Positions 50,837-63,310 are shown, counted from the first letter of the stretch. The stretch is 64,000 bases of DNA from Rebecca billardiae RCC1528 (GCA_965240325.2 OZ251228.1:930001-994000), one strand, 5' to 3'. The notes: a model not told the origin generated them from the letters alone. Numbers and translations: made by a program.

Positions 50837-52315
50837 CGTGCGCCTCGCGCACGCCGTGTGCCGCCCACGCCTCGGCCGGCACCGCGCTCGCGACCGCGCG
50901 AACCAGGGCCGCGGCCGCGCCGCCGAGCGCGGCCGCGGCCGCCCGCCCGTCGGCCGAGGCCGCATCCGCTGCTGCTGCGTGTGCCGCGCCCAGCGCGCCG
51001 ACGATGAGCTGGGCGGCCTCGGCCTCGGCGGCGACGTCGGCGCGCGAGGCCTCAGCCACGTGCGCGAGCGGCCTAGCCAGCGCGTTCCATGCGCGCGGCA
51101 GCAGCAGCAGCGGCAGCAGCGGCAGCAGCGGCAGCAGCGGCAGCAGCGGCAGCGGCGGCAGCAGCGGCGGCGGCGGCAGCAGCAGCGGCAGCCCGGCGCG
51201 CGTGCACGCTCCGTCGCGAGCTCGCGGCGGCGGCAGCGGCGGAGACAATGCTCGCGCCGCGCTCAGCGCCGCCGCGCGCACCAGCTCTGCGGCGAGCTGA
51301 TGCCCTCGGGCCGGCGCGCGCGCCGAGCGCACCGACCAGCTGGCACACCACCGGGCGCAGCGCCGCAAGCGCGAGCAGCTCGTGCCCGCCCTCCGCCGCA
51401 CCGCGCGCACCGCGCGTCGCGCACAGCTCAGCGGCGCGCGCGCTTGCAGCCGCCACGGCCGCATCCGGCCACAGGGCGAGCACGCCGCCCACGAGCGCGT
51501 GCGTCTGTCTCGGCCTGGCCCGCGCCGGCCCGCGCCCCGCGCCGCCTGGTCGCGGGCGCGCGCAGCAGCTCGTTCGCCAAAGCGCGCGCCGCCACGCGCC
51601 TCCACTCGAGCACGCGCGTGCTCGCGCAGCGCGCTCGAGGACGCGCCGCAGCCGATCTTCAGCGCCCAGGCCGACGGCGCCGCAGAGCGCGGGCGTCCTC
51701 GTCCACGCGCGCGCGCGCACACGCGCCGCGCCGAGCGGCAGTGGCCAACGCGAGGTGGCCCGCGCGGTGGCGGCGGCGGTGCCAAGGGCGCGGTCGGGCG
51801 CCAGCCGCGGGAGTGATGAGGCGTGATGGCAGGGGACTCGCGCGAGGGGGGAGTCCAGCGCTCGGCAGCCACACTCGCGCCGTGCCAGGCCACGAGCGCG
51901 CGCGGGTCGGTGCGACGCCGCCGCCATCGCGCGCATCAGCCGCAGCGCCAGCTTGCTGTGCGCGCGCACGAGGTCGAGCTTGGCGTCGTCTGCGAGCACA
52001 GACGGCGAGGCGTGGGCGGGGTGGGCGGGCAAAGCCGTCTCGGTCGAGTGCGCCCGAGCGCACGCCACCACCCCGAGCGCACGCCACCACCCCGCACGGA
52101 ACCGTCCAATCACCACCGTGTGCGCGTGCACGCGACACTGAGCCAGCGCAGCGCGACCGAGCTGAGACACGGGCAGCAGCGAGGGCGATACGTGTCAGGC
52201 CCACCGCGAGCGCGCGGCCGAGCCGAGCCCCAAGCCGCGACCGCACGAACCAGCAGCCGCGACCGCAAGCACGCGTGCGATCGCGCAGCCGAGCGTGCGG
52301 CCGGACACGCGATTC
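50837..52315 (-). repeat. Segment X copy 1 (near-identical to 61592-63039); probable rearranged host-gene fragment
   Basis: Nearly identical sequence at an offset of about 10.72 kb. The minus strand has coding-like stretches (SVLADDAKLDLVRAHSKLALRLMRAM; AEAAQLIVGALG) and there is a variable (GCA/GCG)n tract. Confidence 0.85.
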
Positions 52316-52648
52316 GCTGTGTGCGTCTCTTATTCTTACAGTAGTCAACTGTACTGTGCCTTTGTGCAGTGTTGGATGGCGTTAATCACGCCTTAACCAA
52401 GTGTGCACGTTAAATCATAGTAAACTGTAGTACTACTGAACTGTTGTAACATCTAGATACAGGTAGGATACGATACATGACTCGCCCATGAACAATCACT
52501 CGAGAGGCGGGTACGTACAGTTTACTAAGAATAAGAGACGCACACAGCTCAGGCAGGCGAGAGGTACAGTTTACTCATCAGAATCAGAGACGCACATGTA
52601 TACAGTTTACTCAAGAATAAGAGACGCACACAGCTCAGGCAGGCGAGA
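52316..52648. mobile_element. Cluster of TA-flanked TIR ends: inverted 52316-52351 and ending 52427; direct at 52518, 52567, 52603
   Basis: Repeated motif TA|CAGTTTACT(c)AAGAATAAGAGACGCACACAGC and its reverse complement. Confidence 0.85.
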
Positions 52649-52917
52649 TCGACGCCCGCCAACTGTCACCGCCCATGAAGCCGTCGCCGATGGCTGCGCC
52701 GCCGGAAAATTCGTTCAGCCGTCCGCCTGCGAGGCCTGGATGAGGGCTGCGGCCGCCTCGCGGCGGCGCGCCAGCGCCCGTCGTCCTCGCCCCACCGTCG
52801 TCCACAAAACCGACAAAACGTCGTCGTCCGAACTCGCCGACTGGGCGCCGATGCAACAGCGCGCCGACAGGATGTTAGCAGTATGGAATGTGGAGCCCCA
52901 CTGTCGGTTGGGGAAGG

Positions 52918-55723
52918 TGTTGTATTAATCCCGAATTTCCTCCGTGCACGATTTCTTTTCCTCTCCAGGCGCTTGGATCCAACCGCCAGGAGAGGTCGAG
53001 TCCCAGGTACTATGTCGTACCTGCCCTCCCTGAACCGGCACGAGCGCGCTCGGCCCCTAATCCTATTGCTTTCGCCGCTGCCCGCAGGCGAACGCAAGCC
53101 GCCGGGTACGTATGTCCGTTTTCCCCCGGCGCTATTGGTCTAACGACCTATCAGTTTACTGGTGCCGTTTGCTTTTGCACTTGTGTGGGACGACTCCCGC
53201 ACCGCCCGCTCGTCCGCACGGACGACGCTGCTGACGACGTCCGCAGGGACACTGTGATAAGCCCCTGCGTGACCGGGGAACTGGTAAGGCGGAATAAACA
53301 TCATGAGCTCATACGTGTGAAACCACGGACCGCCGGGCATGGCCCATCCAGCCGGTCGCAGCGCCGCGGGTGTCGCGAGAAACGCGCGGGCAATGATGCT
53401 CGCGTGCAGCGCGCTCTGCATCGAGCAGCCGAGTGAAAGCGCGCTGATGAACCAGATGCCCACGCACGGCGTGGTGTACGAGTTCGGTGACTACCAGAAG
53501 GACATCCGTTACGCAACCTCGAATGTCCTCCGCCTGCAGGGCGGCTGCGCGCGCGGTACGAACCGCGCGAGCATTGACGTGCCCGCGTGTGGCACTTGCG
53601 GTGACGACACCGCGGCGGGGGCCTGGCTGGTCCCCGTGATCGACAACGTCGAGCACGAGCTCGATGATGATGGGAATGGCAACGATGCCTACCCTTCACG
53701 GCATCCGCTGAGACCGATGCTGCGAGCGCCCCGACCATCCTCACGAGAGGACAGCTGGACGGGGCGCGAGGTGCTGCTCGATGACGGGCAGCAGCAGGTG
53801 ATACACTCAAAGGACGTGTACATCATTGATGAGCGGTCGCTGGTCGAGGGGAGGCACACTCCATTCGCGGCCAGCGATGACAATGCCGAGCCCGAGACTG
53901 AGCTGGGGGACGCCGCTGACGGCGAGCTCACCGGCGAGGGCGAGGAGCATTTTGAGATTGAGGACGGCGCGGCCGATGACGGCGGCGCTGCTGCTCATGA
54001 CGACGGGGGCGCGGCGAGCGAAGCTGCGCAACCGAGCGCCGACGGCGATGACGCCGGAGGCGATGACGACGCACGAGCTGGTGAGTCCGCGGCGCCCGAG
54101 CTGCCGCGCGACTACGACCCGATGCGACGAGACCGAGCGAGGCGGAGCAGACCCGCCGCGCAGACGGTGCAGGCTGTTGTGAAGGCGCTACCTGGCATGC
54201 GCCAGGCTGGGCGCGTGTGGTACCTACACTTGCGTAAGTGTTTGCTCGAACATGGGTTCGAGCCGTGCCCGAGCGCGCCGTGCATCTACTCGAAGGCTGT
54301 CGATGGCGGCTACGTGTTCGTCGGTCACTTTGTCGACGATCTGCTGATAATGAACATCTCGAAGGACAAGAACGCGTTGGACGCGCTGATGACGGCGTTG
54401 CTGACGCACTACGAGATGCAGGGCACGGACTGCCTGAGCAAGTTCCTTGGCGCCGAATTTGAGACCACGGTGGACGGACTTTTTACCCACCTGAACCAGT
54501 ACATCGGTGATGTGTGCGAGCGCTTCCACCTGAGTGGAGAGCGCCACCCACCGACCCCCGAGTGCAGCGAGACGCGCGAGATCCCCCGCCCGCTGCAAGC
54601 CCTCCTGCTGCGCGCTGACCGCCAGCACTACCAGGAGATGACCGGTGCCCTCATGTACTGCATGACGACGTGTCGCCCCGACATCGCACACGCCGTGAAC
54701 ATGCTGGCACGCCGGATGTCCAATCCCCGGCTCTACGACTTGACCGCCGCGAAGCGCACGCTCCGATACTTGCTCGGCACGCGTCGGCGCGGCATCCTCT
54801 TCCGGCACGCGACGCACGCACAACACCCTGATTTGGTGGCGTACGCGGACTCGGACTGGGCGAACGATCGTGAAGATCGACGTTCTACGACGGGATACCT
54901 TGTTATGTACAACGGGGTCCCGATCTCGTGGCACAGCGGACTGCAGAGCGTGGTCGCGTTGTCTACGTGCGAGGCGGAGTACATCGCGCTGAGCGAGTGC
55001 TGCCGCGAGGTGATCTACCTGCGCGACCTGGTCACGTTTTTGAACGAGCCGGTCGTGGAGCCCACGACGGTGATCTACGAGGATAACCAGGGCACGATCG
55101 ATTTGACGAACAACCCGGTGCACCACAAGCGCACCAAGCACATTGACGTGAAGTACCATTTCACGCGGCGCGCGCAAGCCGACGGCGCCGTGCTGATCCA
55201 GAAGGTGCCGACCGACGACAACCGGTCCGACATCATGACCAAGGCTACCGCGACGAGTACTTTTCTCAAGCACGTCGTGGCGATACTGCATGCTGTTCCA
55301 CCACCTCCGCCGCCTTCGGCATGATGTCGAGGGGGGGTGTTGTATTAATCCCGAATTTCCTCCGTGCACGATTTCTTTTCCTCTCCAGGCGCTTGGATCC
55401 AACCGCCAGGAGAGGTCGAGTCCCAGGTACTATGTCGTACCTGCCCTCCCTGAACCGGCACGAGCGCGCTCGGCCCCTAATCCTATTGCTTTCGCCGCTG
55501 CCCGCAGGCGAACGCAAGCCGCCGGGTACGTATGTCCGTTTTCCCCCGGCGCTATTGGTCTAACGACCTATCAGTTTACTGGTGCCGTTTGCTTTTGCAC
55601 TTGTGTGGGACGACTCCCGCACCGCCCGCTCGTCCGCACGGACGACGCTGCTGACGACGTCCGCAGGGACACTGTGATAAGCCCCTGCGTGACCGGGGAA
55701 CTGGTAAGGCGGAATAAACATCA
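52918..55723 (+). mobile_element. Young, internally deleted Ty1/copia LTR retrotransposon (2806 bp)
   Basis: 386-bp LTRs at 52918-53303 and 55338-55723 (TGTTG...CATCA) with no difference seen. 5-bp TSD GAAGG (52913-52917 and 55724-55728). PPT GAGGGGGGG at 55329-55337. Empty site at 63585-63589. Confidence 0.97.
53339..55324 (+). CDS. Truncated copia Pol: integrase C-terminal remnant, C-terminal half of RT, complete RNase H
   Basis: KALPGMRQAGRVW, PCIY, GHFVDDLLI, YADSDWA...RRSTTGY, ALSTCEAEY, IYEDNQG and HKRTKHIDVKYHF. Protease, integrase DDE core and RT N-terminal motifs were not found. Confidence 0.9.
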   Translation: MAHPAGRSAAGVARNARAMMLACSALCIEQPSESALMNQMPTHGVVYEFGDYQKDIRYATSNVLRLQGGCARGTNRASIDVPACGTCGDDTAAGAWLVPVIDNVEHELDDDGNGNDAYPSRHPLRPMLRAPRPSSREDSWTGREVLLDDGQQQVIHSKDVYIIDERSLVEGRHTPFAASDDNAEPETELGDAADGELTGEGEEHFEIEDGAADDGGAAAHDDGGAASEAAQPSADGDDAGGDDDARAGESAAPELPRDYDPMRRDRARRSRPAAQTVQAVVKALPGMRQAGRVWYLHLRKCLLEHGFEPCPSAPCIYSKAVDGGYVFVGHFVDDLLIMNISKDKNALDALMTALLTHYEMQGTDCLSKFLGAEFETTVDGLFTHLNQYIGDVCERFHLSGERHPPTPECSETREIPRPLQALLLRADRQHYQEMTGALMYCMTTCRPDIAHAVNMLARRMSNPRLYDLTAAKRTLRYLLGTRRRGILFRHATHAQHPDLVAYADSDWANDREDRRSTTGYLVMYNGVPISWHSGLQSVVALSTCEAEYIALSECCREVIYLRDLVTFLNEPVVEPTTVIYEDNQGTIDLTNNPVHHKRTKHIDVKYHFTRRAQADGAVLIQKVPTDDNRSDIMTKATATSTFLKHVVAILHAVPPPPPPSA

Positions 55724-56144
55724 GAAGGCGTGTATCAAGCGGCATGACTCTGGGGTAGCTTATCACACAGATGACAGAGTCAGAAGGCCTGGCCCTCAGG
55801 TGATATGTGCCCCAGTATGGCGCGTCGGCCAGTCAAACTCAAAGCCGGCGGCAGGGTTCTGACACTTCTGTTGCCCGGAGGGTTCGCTGGCTCACCAGCT
55901 GCGAGGGCCGGGGCGTCCGGCTGTTTGCGCTTGCGGGCTGGGGCCGGCACTGGACCTGGTGCCACCCCACCGCGTGTGTTGGCAATTCAGGAGACCCGCG
56001 TCGTCCTAGATAAAGTACCTGATGTGTCCGTTCAATCATAGTTAGAATGAGTCCTCCCCGTAATGGGCAGGCTGACAATGTTGATGATGTCTTCACAGTC
56101 AAGCCCAACGGCAATGCATGATGACACGCGACGACACTGTACGA

Positions 56145-56192
56145 CAGTTTACTAAAAAGAATAAGAGACGCACACAGCTCAGGCAGGCGAGA
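56145..56192 (+). mobile_element. Isolated left-end TIR fragment upstream of the kinase gene
   Basis: CAGTTTACTAAAAAGAATAAGAGACGCACACAGCTCAGGCAGGCGAGA. Confidence 0.85.
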
Positions 56193-56529
56193 TTTGTAGA
56201 TTGTATTACCGCCCTTGATTGTATCCACACGTTCGACAAGGGCGGCGGAGGCTGCTGCCTCCGCTGCTTGCAACTTGAAACGTGTGCTGTCTTGGGTGTG
56301 CATGGCACGATCTCGCAGCCGGCGAGATCGACGCGATCGACGCATCATCAGCCTTTTTCCCGTCGAAACGCTCGGCCGCCGCCCGGGCCCCGACGTCGCC
56401 GGTCCTGACCCGGGCCGCCCTGCAGGACGACTGCTTTGGGAGCCCGAGCGACGAACAAGCACCTGCCGCCACACGACCTCGTTGTGCCGACGAACTTCCC
56501 GCACGTGCCCACGAACGACTCCATACCGC

Positions 56530-59321
56530 ATGCCGCCCGAGTCCTGCGACGATCTGAGCCGCAAGCTGGCCGAGCTGAGCCCCCAACTCGCGCTGATGAT
56601 ACAAGCCATGGCTGACCTCCTCGTGGAGAGGCGACACCGCGCAGACGGCGCGGCCGCAGGCCAAAGCCCGGACGCGCGCAAGGCCTGCATCATGCTGCTG
56701 GCAGCGCTCACGGACCACAAGCGCCTCGTCGACTTGGCGACGGAACGTGCGCTCCAGGCGCATCCCAAGTGGCCGACCATCCTCTGCGACAAGCTGAACA
56801 GCTTGGCGTTCGCCCGCTGGTTGGCAGTCGAGTTGCTCTTCTCGAACGAGAACGGCATGGCGGCGCTCAAGAAGCTCGAGTCGTCAGACGATGCCGCGCT
56901 GGCCAAGCTGAAGAGCAGGCTCAAGAAATCGCGATCGAGGCGCAGGGCGAGCAGCACGAAGGACACCCCCAAGTGGGCGCAGGCCCTGGTCTGCCCGTTC
57001 TACGACGCGGCGGAGCAGGCGTGCGGGGAGCACGAGGCGATGCGCGACATGATCTCGCACGCAGAGACGAGCGGGCTGCGGCAGGTCCTCGAGCGCGGCG
57101 GGCTCGTGACGGTGGCGAGCCGCGACGGCGAGCAGATCCTGCTGCTCGACCCGGAGATCGTGCTCGTGCTCTCGGCGCTCATCGTCCCCCTGGAGCCGCT
57201 CCTGTACCGCAAACGCGGCGTGCTCGCGCAACCCGCGATGCCAACCACAACAAGGATGGCGCTGGTGCCAGTGTCGCCGCAAGCGCTGCACGGGAACGGC
57301 GGCGGCGGCGCGCTCGCGGCGCGGCCCATCGCGCTCGAGCGGCTTGCCGATCCCAGCTGCCTCGGGCTCCGCTTCGCGCGCGGCGCCCTCATCCGCTGCT
57401 CATCGTCGCCGAGCGCGCGCCCATCCTCGTGCCCGCCCGCGGCAGATGACGCGGCCGGGCCCGGCGCGGTCCCGCGGCAGGCGCCCATTGCTGCGCTTGC
57501 GAGCACCGTCGTGAACGCGGTGTATCTACTGAACGCTCGCGTGACAGCTCTTGAGGAGCGCGTGCAGGGCGCGGCCGACCCGGTGCGCTCATCGCCATCA
57601 TCACCGTCGATGGTTCCGACGGCCGTCCCGGCGCCGTCGAGCCCGTCGGCGGCGGGTGGCGCTGAGCCACCGCCGAGCGCGCCGTTTGGCGAGCAGATCG
57701 CGCAGCCGCCGGCAGCAGTGCCGTGCCTCGGCGGCGAGCGCGTCGACGACGAGAACGAGTGCCGCGTGCGCGCGCTGCTCGAGCGCGGTGACGATGGGGC
57801 TTTTTTCGACGAAGGCCTGATGCTCGGGCGGGACGGCTCCATCCCCAGCAGCCCGACGAGCTCGCTTGGCTCCATGGTGCCGCGGGCGGCGATTACGGAC
57901 ATTGACGCGTCGATCTCGCCGTCCGACGAGCAGTCGAGCTCGCAGACCGCCGAGCTGACGGCAGGGCAGCTGCGCAAGGCAGGCATGGGGTGCGCGCTGC
58001 TGAAAGTCGTGGCTTTCTGCCAGCCTCCGTCGCCATCGCAGCGGCAGGTGTGCGCATGCGGCCCCGCCGCGTCTGCTGCGTCTGCGATCGTGCGCGCCCG
58101 GTGCGCACGTCCGCGCATGCCGGATCTCGCTGCTCGCTGCTCACCACCACCGGCCGGTTGCGCCCCCGCCCCAAACGCCTTGCGCAGTTCGGCGGGCTGG
58201 CCGAGATGCCGCGCGTCTGCGAGTCCTACGCGATGGTCTGGGAGTATGTGGTCGAGAAGGTCGCGCCGAATTTCGGCGTCGGCGCGGCGCGCGATCTGTG
58301 CGTGCTGCTGGACAAGCTGATCCCGAACGTGTCCGCGCCGCTGGGCGTGCTGCCGGGCATGATCGGCGTCGACGATTTCACCGATTGGAAGCCGCTCGGC
58401 TCTGGGACCCAGGCCAACGTGTTCCAGGCCACGGACTCGCTCGGCGCGTTGGTCGCGCTCAAACAGATCCGCCTCCACCAGCTGGAGAAGCCGCATGTGG
58501 CCGAGATGCTCGTCTCGGAGATCTTGTCGTTGGCGATGCTCGACAGCCCACACATCGTCAAGTGTGCGTGCCACGCGCAACCCGCCCTCGGCGGCGCGGC
58601 GCGCCCAGCGTGGTAGACTACTGGCTGCGTTGTACGCGCGCGACTTGTGGACGAGCGTGCCAAAGTGCGGTGCGCGCATCCTCACCGGCGCGACCGCCTG
58701 CCCTTCATCACCGCGCGCTCGCGCGCGCGCGCAGTCAAGGGCCTCTTCTCCAATGCTACGGCCGTGTACATCGTCCTCGAGCTCGCCAACGGCGGCACGC
58801 TCGAAGACCGCCTGCGCAACACGGGCGGGTCTTTGCCGGAGATCGAGGCTGCCGGCTCCTTTTTGCAGCTCGCCAGCGGCGCCCTCGAGATGCACAAGCA
58901 TCACCTGCGGCACGGCGACCTCAATCTGGCCAACATCGTTGTCACGAAAGAGGGCAGGTGCAAACTCTGTGACTTGGGCCTCACGCGCGAGGTCCTCCCG
59001 GGCCAGTACGAGGTGAAGGTCTGGGGCACTTTCGAGTACATGGCGCCCGAGATGCGAACGCGGCCGGCCGCGTACAACCAGAGCGCGGACGTGTGGGCTC
59101 TCGGTATCATCCTCTTCCAGATGCTCGCCGGTAAGCACCCGTTCGAGCCGCCGCTGACGCCGGCCGAGCTCATCTTCCCGACTGACGAGCCGAACACGTT
59201 CCGCGACTCGACTCGGCACCTCGTGCAGATGATGCTCAACCCGAAGCCGTCAGAGCGGCCGAAGCTCCCCGAGGTCCACGCGCTCGCGAGCGAGTGGATG
59301 AAGGAGATCGACGACTCGTAG
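56530..59321 (+). CDS. Ser/Thr protein kinase (NEK/CAMK-like fold) with a long unrecognised N-terminal region; introns about 58048-58187 and 58564-58734
   Basis: LGSGTQANVF, VALKQ, HIVKF|KGLF, YIVLELANGGTL, HGDLNLANI, KLCDLG, GTFEYMAPE, DVWALG and ERP. The start codon is uncertain. Confidence 0.85.
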
Positions 59322-60271
59322 CGGCGAGGCGCAATCGTCCCCCAGCAGGACGACTGCCGCCATCGGCATCACGAGCGAGCTGCTGCTTGCTGCCAAGCCC
59401 GCCAACAGCGGCACGAGCCGCCGCATCAGTGAGTGAGTCCCATGCATGACGAGACGACGAGCACGGCCAGCGTGCGCGGCGCGATCCTCCGCAATCGATC
59501 AGCAGCAGCGCACCGTCGCTCCCATCAGCCCATCTAGCTGTCTGCTTCCCATCAGTTGCGCTGAGTGCACTCAATACTTACCGCCAGCATGTGATGCATG
59601 AGATATCTCCGCGTTCATCCGCGGCCCTTTTCCGTAGATCGAACTCACGAGTCGTATAAGCTAGTAGTTATACTACGTAGTCGTTGCGCCCGTTGCTGGC
59701 CCGCGGTGCTGACGATGATTCAAACACAGCATCATCATCAGATGACGGGCCGATCGGACGACGATCGATGGACCGACCGAGTGATTCGGCTAGCCGTTCG
59801 GGAATCAGGGGCGGTTCGCCGCGAGCCGTGAGTGCGAGTGCGGCGAGTGCGCCGCGGCTGGCGGCCCGCGCGGTCTGACTCCGACAGTCACGCCCTAGCT
59901 GGACTTTTGATGACAGGCGTGCTGACGCGGACGGCGGAGTCGGCGTCGGTGCCGGGCCCGGAGCAGCCTGACCCTGAGGGTGCTGCTCGGCCCGCTCTCC
60001 GCACTGAGACTGCGCCACAGCACTCACAGGACTGAGCGTGAGGTCTGCGCTTCGCGGCGGTGGAGACGCGCCGTGGCCGAGCCAGCCGCCGCTGCTCTAG
60101 CGCTCCTGTTGTGGCGGATGAGGGGCGCGGCGAGACCTGCTGCGATATGCTGCTGCGACATATGATCTGCCGGCGCGGGCTGCGCGCGCAGGCTGAGGCG
60201 GCCCATGCACGGGGCCACAGCACACACGAGTCGTGCGGGGGCGCGTCATATAGTAGTCTATAGAATGCGCG

Positions 60272-60480
<209 letters not shown>

Positions 60481-61165
60481 TGTCTAGCCGTCCTCGTGAA
60501 CGCCGACGCCAACTGCTGGCCGAAGGTGGGCACGCCGCCTGGCATGTCAATGCTGATGAGGCGGCTGCGTGTGTTCCTACTCAGTGGGATTTATGTGTCC
60601 TCATGCCTTGGCGAGCGGCAGCAGATGCGGTGGGCATGCCGCTCGCCGTCGACGAGACGCGGTGCGTGAGAGATGTTGGTCGGTGCACGCGACGCGCCAC
60701 CCGCGTGCGAGCCGCCGCCGCCGGCGACGCAGGACGAGCTTGGCTGGAGCAACCTCGCACGCCGCGCCTGGCGAAGCAGGCGGCGGAGGCCGGCGCCGGA
60801 AACCGATCTCCTGGGCGGCAGAAAAACCCGGACAGACTGTTTGTCCGGGAGCAGCCCTTTGAGGCGATGGTCTGTTACAGGGCGATGTGCCATGTGGCTG
60901 ATGAGCGGCGCTGGCGCCCGGCGTTCTTGTCGTCCTCTTAGACAATCAGTTATTATTGTACCAATAACCCCACATATTTAGCAGTGTGTGTGCGCGCGCG
61001 CGCGCGCGCGCTCATGAGGATCCGCCAACTAGCATCAGCTGCTTTTGGCTCGCGGGCCGGCGTCGCAGCTCAGCCGGCTGGGGCACGCGACTGGCAAACA
61101 CCAGTGATTGACTGCTGCTGCTCGTGCTGTTCTGAAAATGACAACCACCTGGTCATCTCATCACA

Positions 61166-63039
61166 TCACACGGCGTGTGCAGCCGCCGCCTCCGCCTGCA
61201 CGGCTTCTAGAACGCCCACGTCCTCTGCGAGCGCGCGCATCAGCAGGCGGAACGTCGGCAGGTCGGTCGCGTCCGCGTGCTCGGCGGCGAGCATCCCGCA
61301 CAGCGCGTCGCGCTGCGCCGCGTCCACGTGTGCGCACAGCGCCAGCGCAATGCGCGCCAGCTCGAGGGGCGCGACGCCGCCGCCCGCGCCGGCGCGCCCG
61401 TTGTCCACGACAAGCGCGTGCAGCGCGCCGATGGCCTCGTCGCGCACGCCCGCGTGCGCCGGATCGACGAGCGCGCGGAGCAGCGCGTCCGCAACCACGG
61501 GCCGCGCAGTCACGCACTCTGGGTGGGCGCGCAGCCGACCGCGCGTCGCCTCGTCCGCGCGCACCAGCCGCTCCGCCGCCGAGCGAAATCGCGTGCGCCT
61601 CGCGCACGCCGTCTGCCGCCCACGCCTCGGCCGGCACCGCGCTCGCGACCGCGCGAACCAGGGCCGCGGCCGCGCCGCATCCGCTGCTGCTGCGTGCGCC
61701 GCGCCCAGCGCGCCGACGATGAGCTGGGCGGCCTCGGCCTCGGCGGCGACGTCGGCGCGCGAGGCCTCAGCCACGTGCGCGAGCGGCCTAGCCAGCGCGT
61801 TCCATGCGCGCGGCAGCAGCAGCAGCAGCAGCGGCGGCAGCAGCGGCAGCAGCGGCAGCAGCGGCAGCAGCGGCAGCGGCGGCAGCAGCAGCGGCGGCGG
61901 CAGCAGCAGCGGCAGCCCGGCGCGCGTGCACGCTCCGTCACGAGCTCGCGGCGGCGGCAGCGGCGGAGACAATGCTCGCGCCGCGCTCAGCGCCGCCGCG
62001 CGCACCAGCTCTGCGGCGAGCTGATGCCCTCGGGCCGGCGCGCGCGCCGAGCGCACCGAGCAGCTGGCACACCACCGGGCGCAGCGCCGCAAGCGCGAGC
62101 AGCTCGTGCCCGCCCTCCGCCGCACCGCGCGCACCGCGCGTCGCGCACAGCTCAGCGGCGCGCGCGCTTGCAGTCGCCACGGCCGCATCCGGCCACAGGG
62201 CGAGCACGCCGCCCACGAGCGCGTGCGTCTGTCTCGGCCTGGCCCGCGCCGGCCCGCGCCCCGCGCCGCCTGGTCGCGGGCGCGCGCAGCAGCTCGTTCG
62301 CCAAAGCGCGCGCCGCCACGCGCCTCCACTCGAGCACGCGCGTGCTCGCGCAGCGCGCTCGAGGACGCGCCGCAGCCGATCTTCAGCGCCCAGGCCGACG
62401 GCGCCGCAGAGCGCGGGCGTCCTCGTCCACGCGCGCGCGCGCACACGCGCCGCGCCGAGCGGCAGTGGCCAACGCGAGGTGGCCCGCGCGGTGGCGGCGG
62501 CGGTGCCAAGGGCGCGGTCGGGCGCCAGCCGCGGGAGTGATGAGGCGTGATGGCAGGGGACTCGCGCGAGGGGGGAGTCCAGCGCTCGGCAGCCACACTC
62601 GCGCCGTGCCAGGCCACGAGCGCGCGCGGGTCGGTGCGACGCCGCCGCCATCGCGCGCATCAGCCGCAGCGCCAGCTTGCTGTGCGCGCGCACGAGGTCG
62701 AGCTTGGCGTCGTCTGCGAGCACAGACGGCGAGGCGTGGGCGGGGTGGGCGGGCAAAGCCGTCTCGGTCGAGTGCGCCCGAGCGCACGCCACCACCCCGA
62801 GCGCACGCCACCACCCCGCACGGAACCGTCCAATCACCATCGTGTGCGCGTGCACGCGACACTGAGCCAGCGCAGCGCGACCGAGCTGAGACACGGGCAG
62901 CAGCGAGGGCGATACGTGTCAGGCCCACCGCGAGCGCGCGGCCGAGCCGAGCCCCAAGCCGCGACCGCACGAACCAGCAGCCGCGACCGCAAGCACGCGT
63001 GCGATCGCGCAGCCGAGCGTGCGGCCGGACACGCGATTC
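61166..63039 (-). pseudogene. Segment X copy 2 plus the unique C-terminal part of a fragmented Ala/Leu-rich gene
   Basis: The minus-strand frame ends ...VRDEAIGALHALVVDNG...LPTFRLLMRALAEDVGVLEAVQAEAAAAHAV-stop. It has a deletion of about 37 bp relative to copy 1 near 61673. No family was recognised. Confidence 0.45.
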
Positions 63040-63310
63040 GCTGTGTGCGTCTCTTATTCTTAGTCAACTGTACGATCTCGCCTGCCTGAGCTGTGTGCGT
63101 CTCTTATTATTCTTAGTAAACTGTAGTACTACTGCACTGTTGTAACATCTAGATACAGGTAGGATACGATACACGAGTATTGACTCGCCCATGAACAATC
63201 ACTCGAGTGGCGGGTACCGTACAGTAGGTGCAGTTTACTCATCAGAATCAGAGACGCACATGTACAGTTTACTAAAGAATAAGAGACGCACACAGCTCAG
63301 GCAGGCGAGA
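63040..63310. mobile_element. Second TIR cluster: inverted 63040-63070 and 63073-63123; direct at 63231 and 63265
   Basis: Same motif and same spacer sequence as 52316-52648. Confidence 0.85.

Noticed and set aside
50328-52385. Long plus-strand Arg/Ala-rich ORFs (also 61277-63145) and poly-Ala ORFs
   Set aside because: They are low-complexity shadow frames over a GC-rich duplicated segment and a (GCA/GCG)n tract, with no recognisable domain.
52650-56140. Segment Y as a transposase gene
   Set aside because: After removing the copia insert only short, indel-disrupted frames remain, with no HTH or DDE motif that I can recognise.
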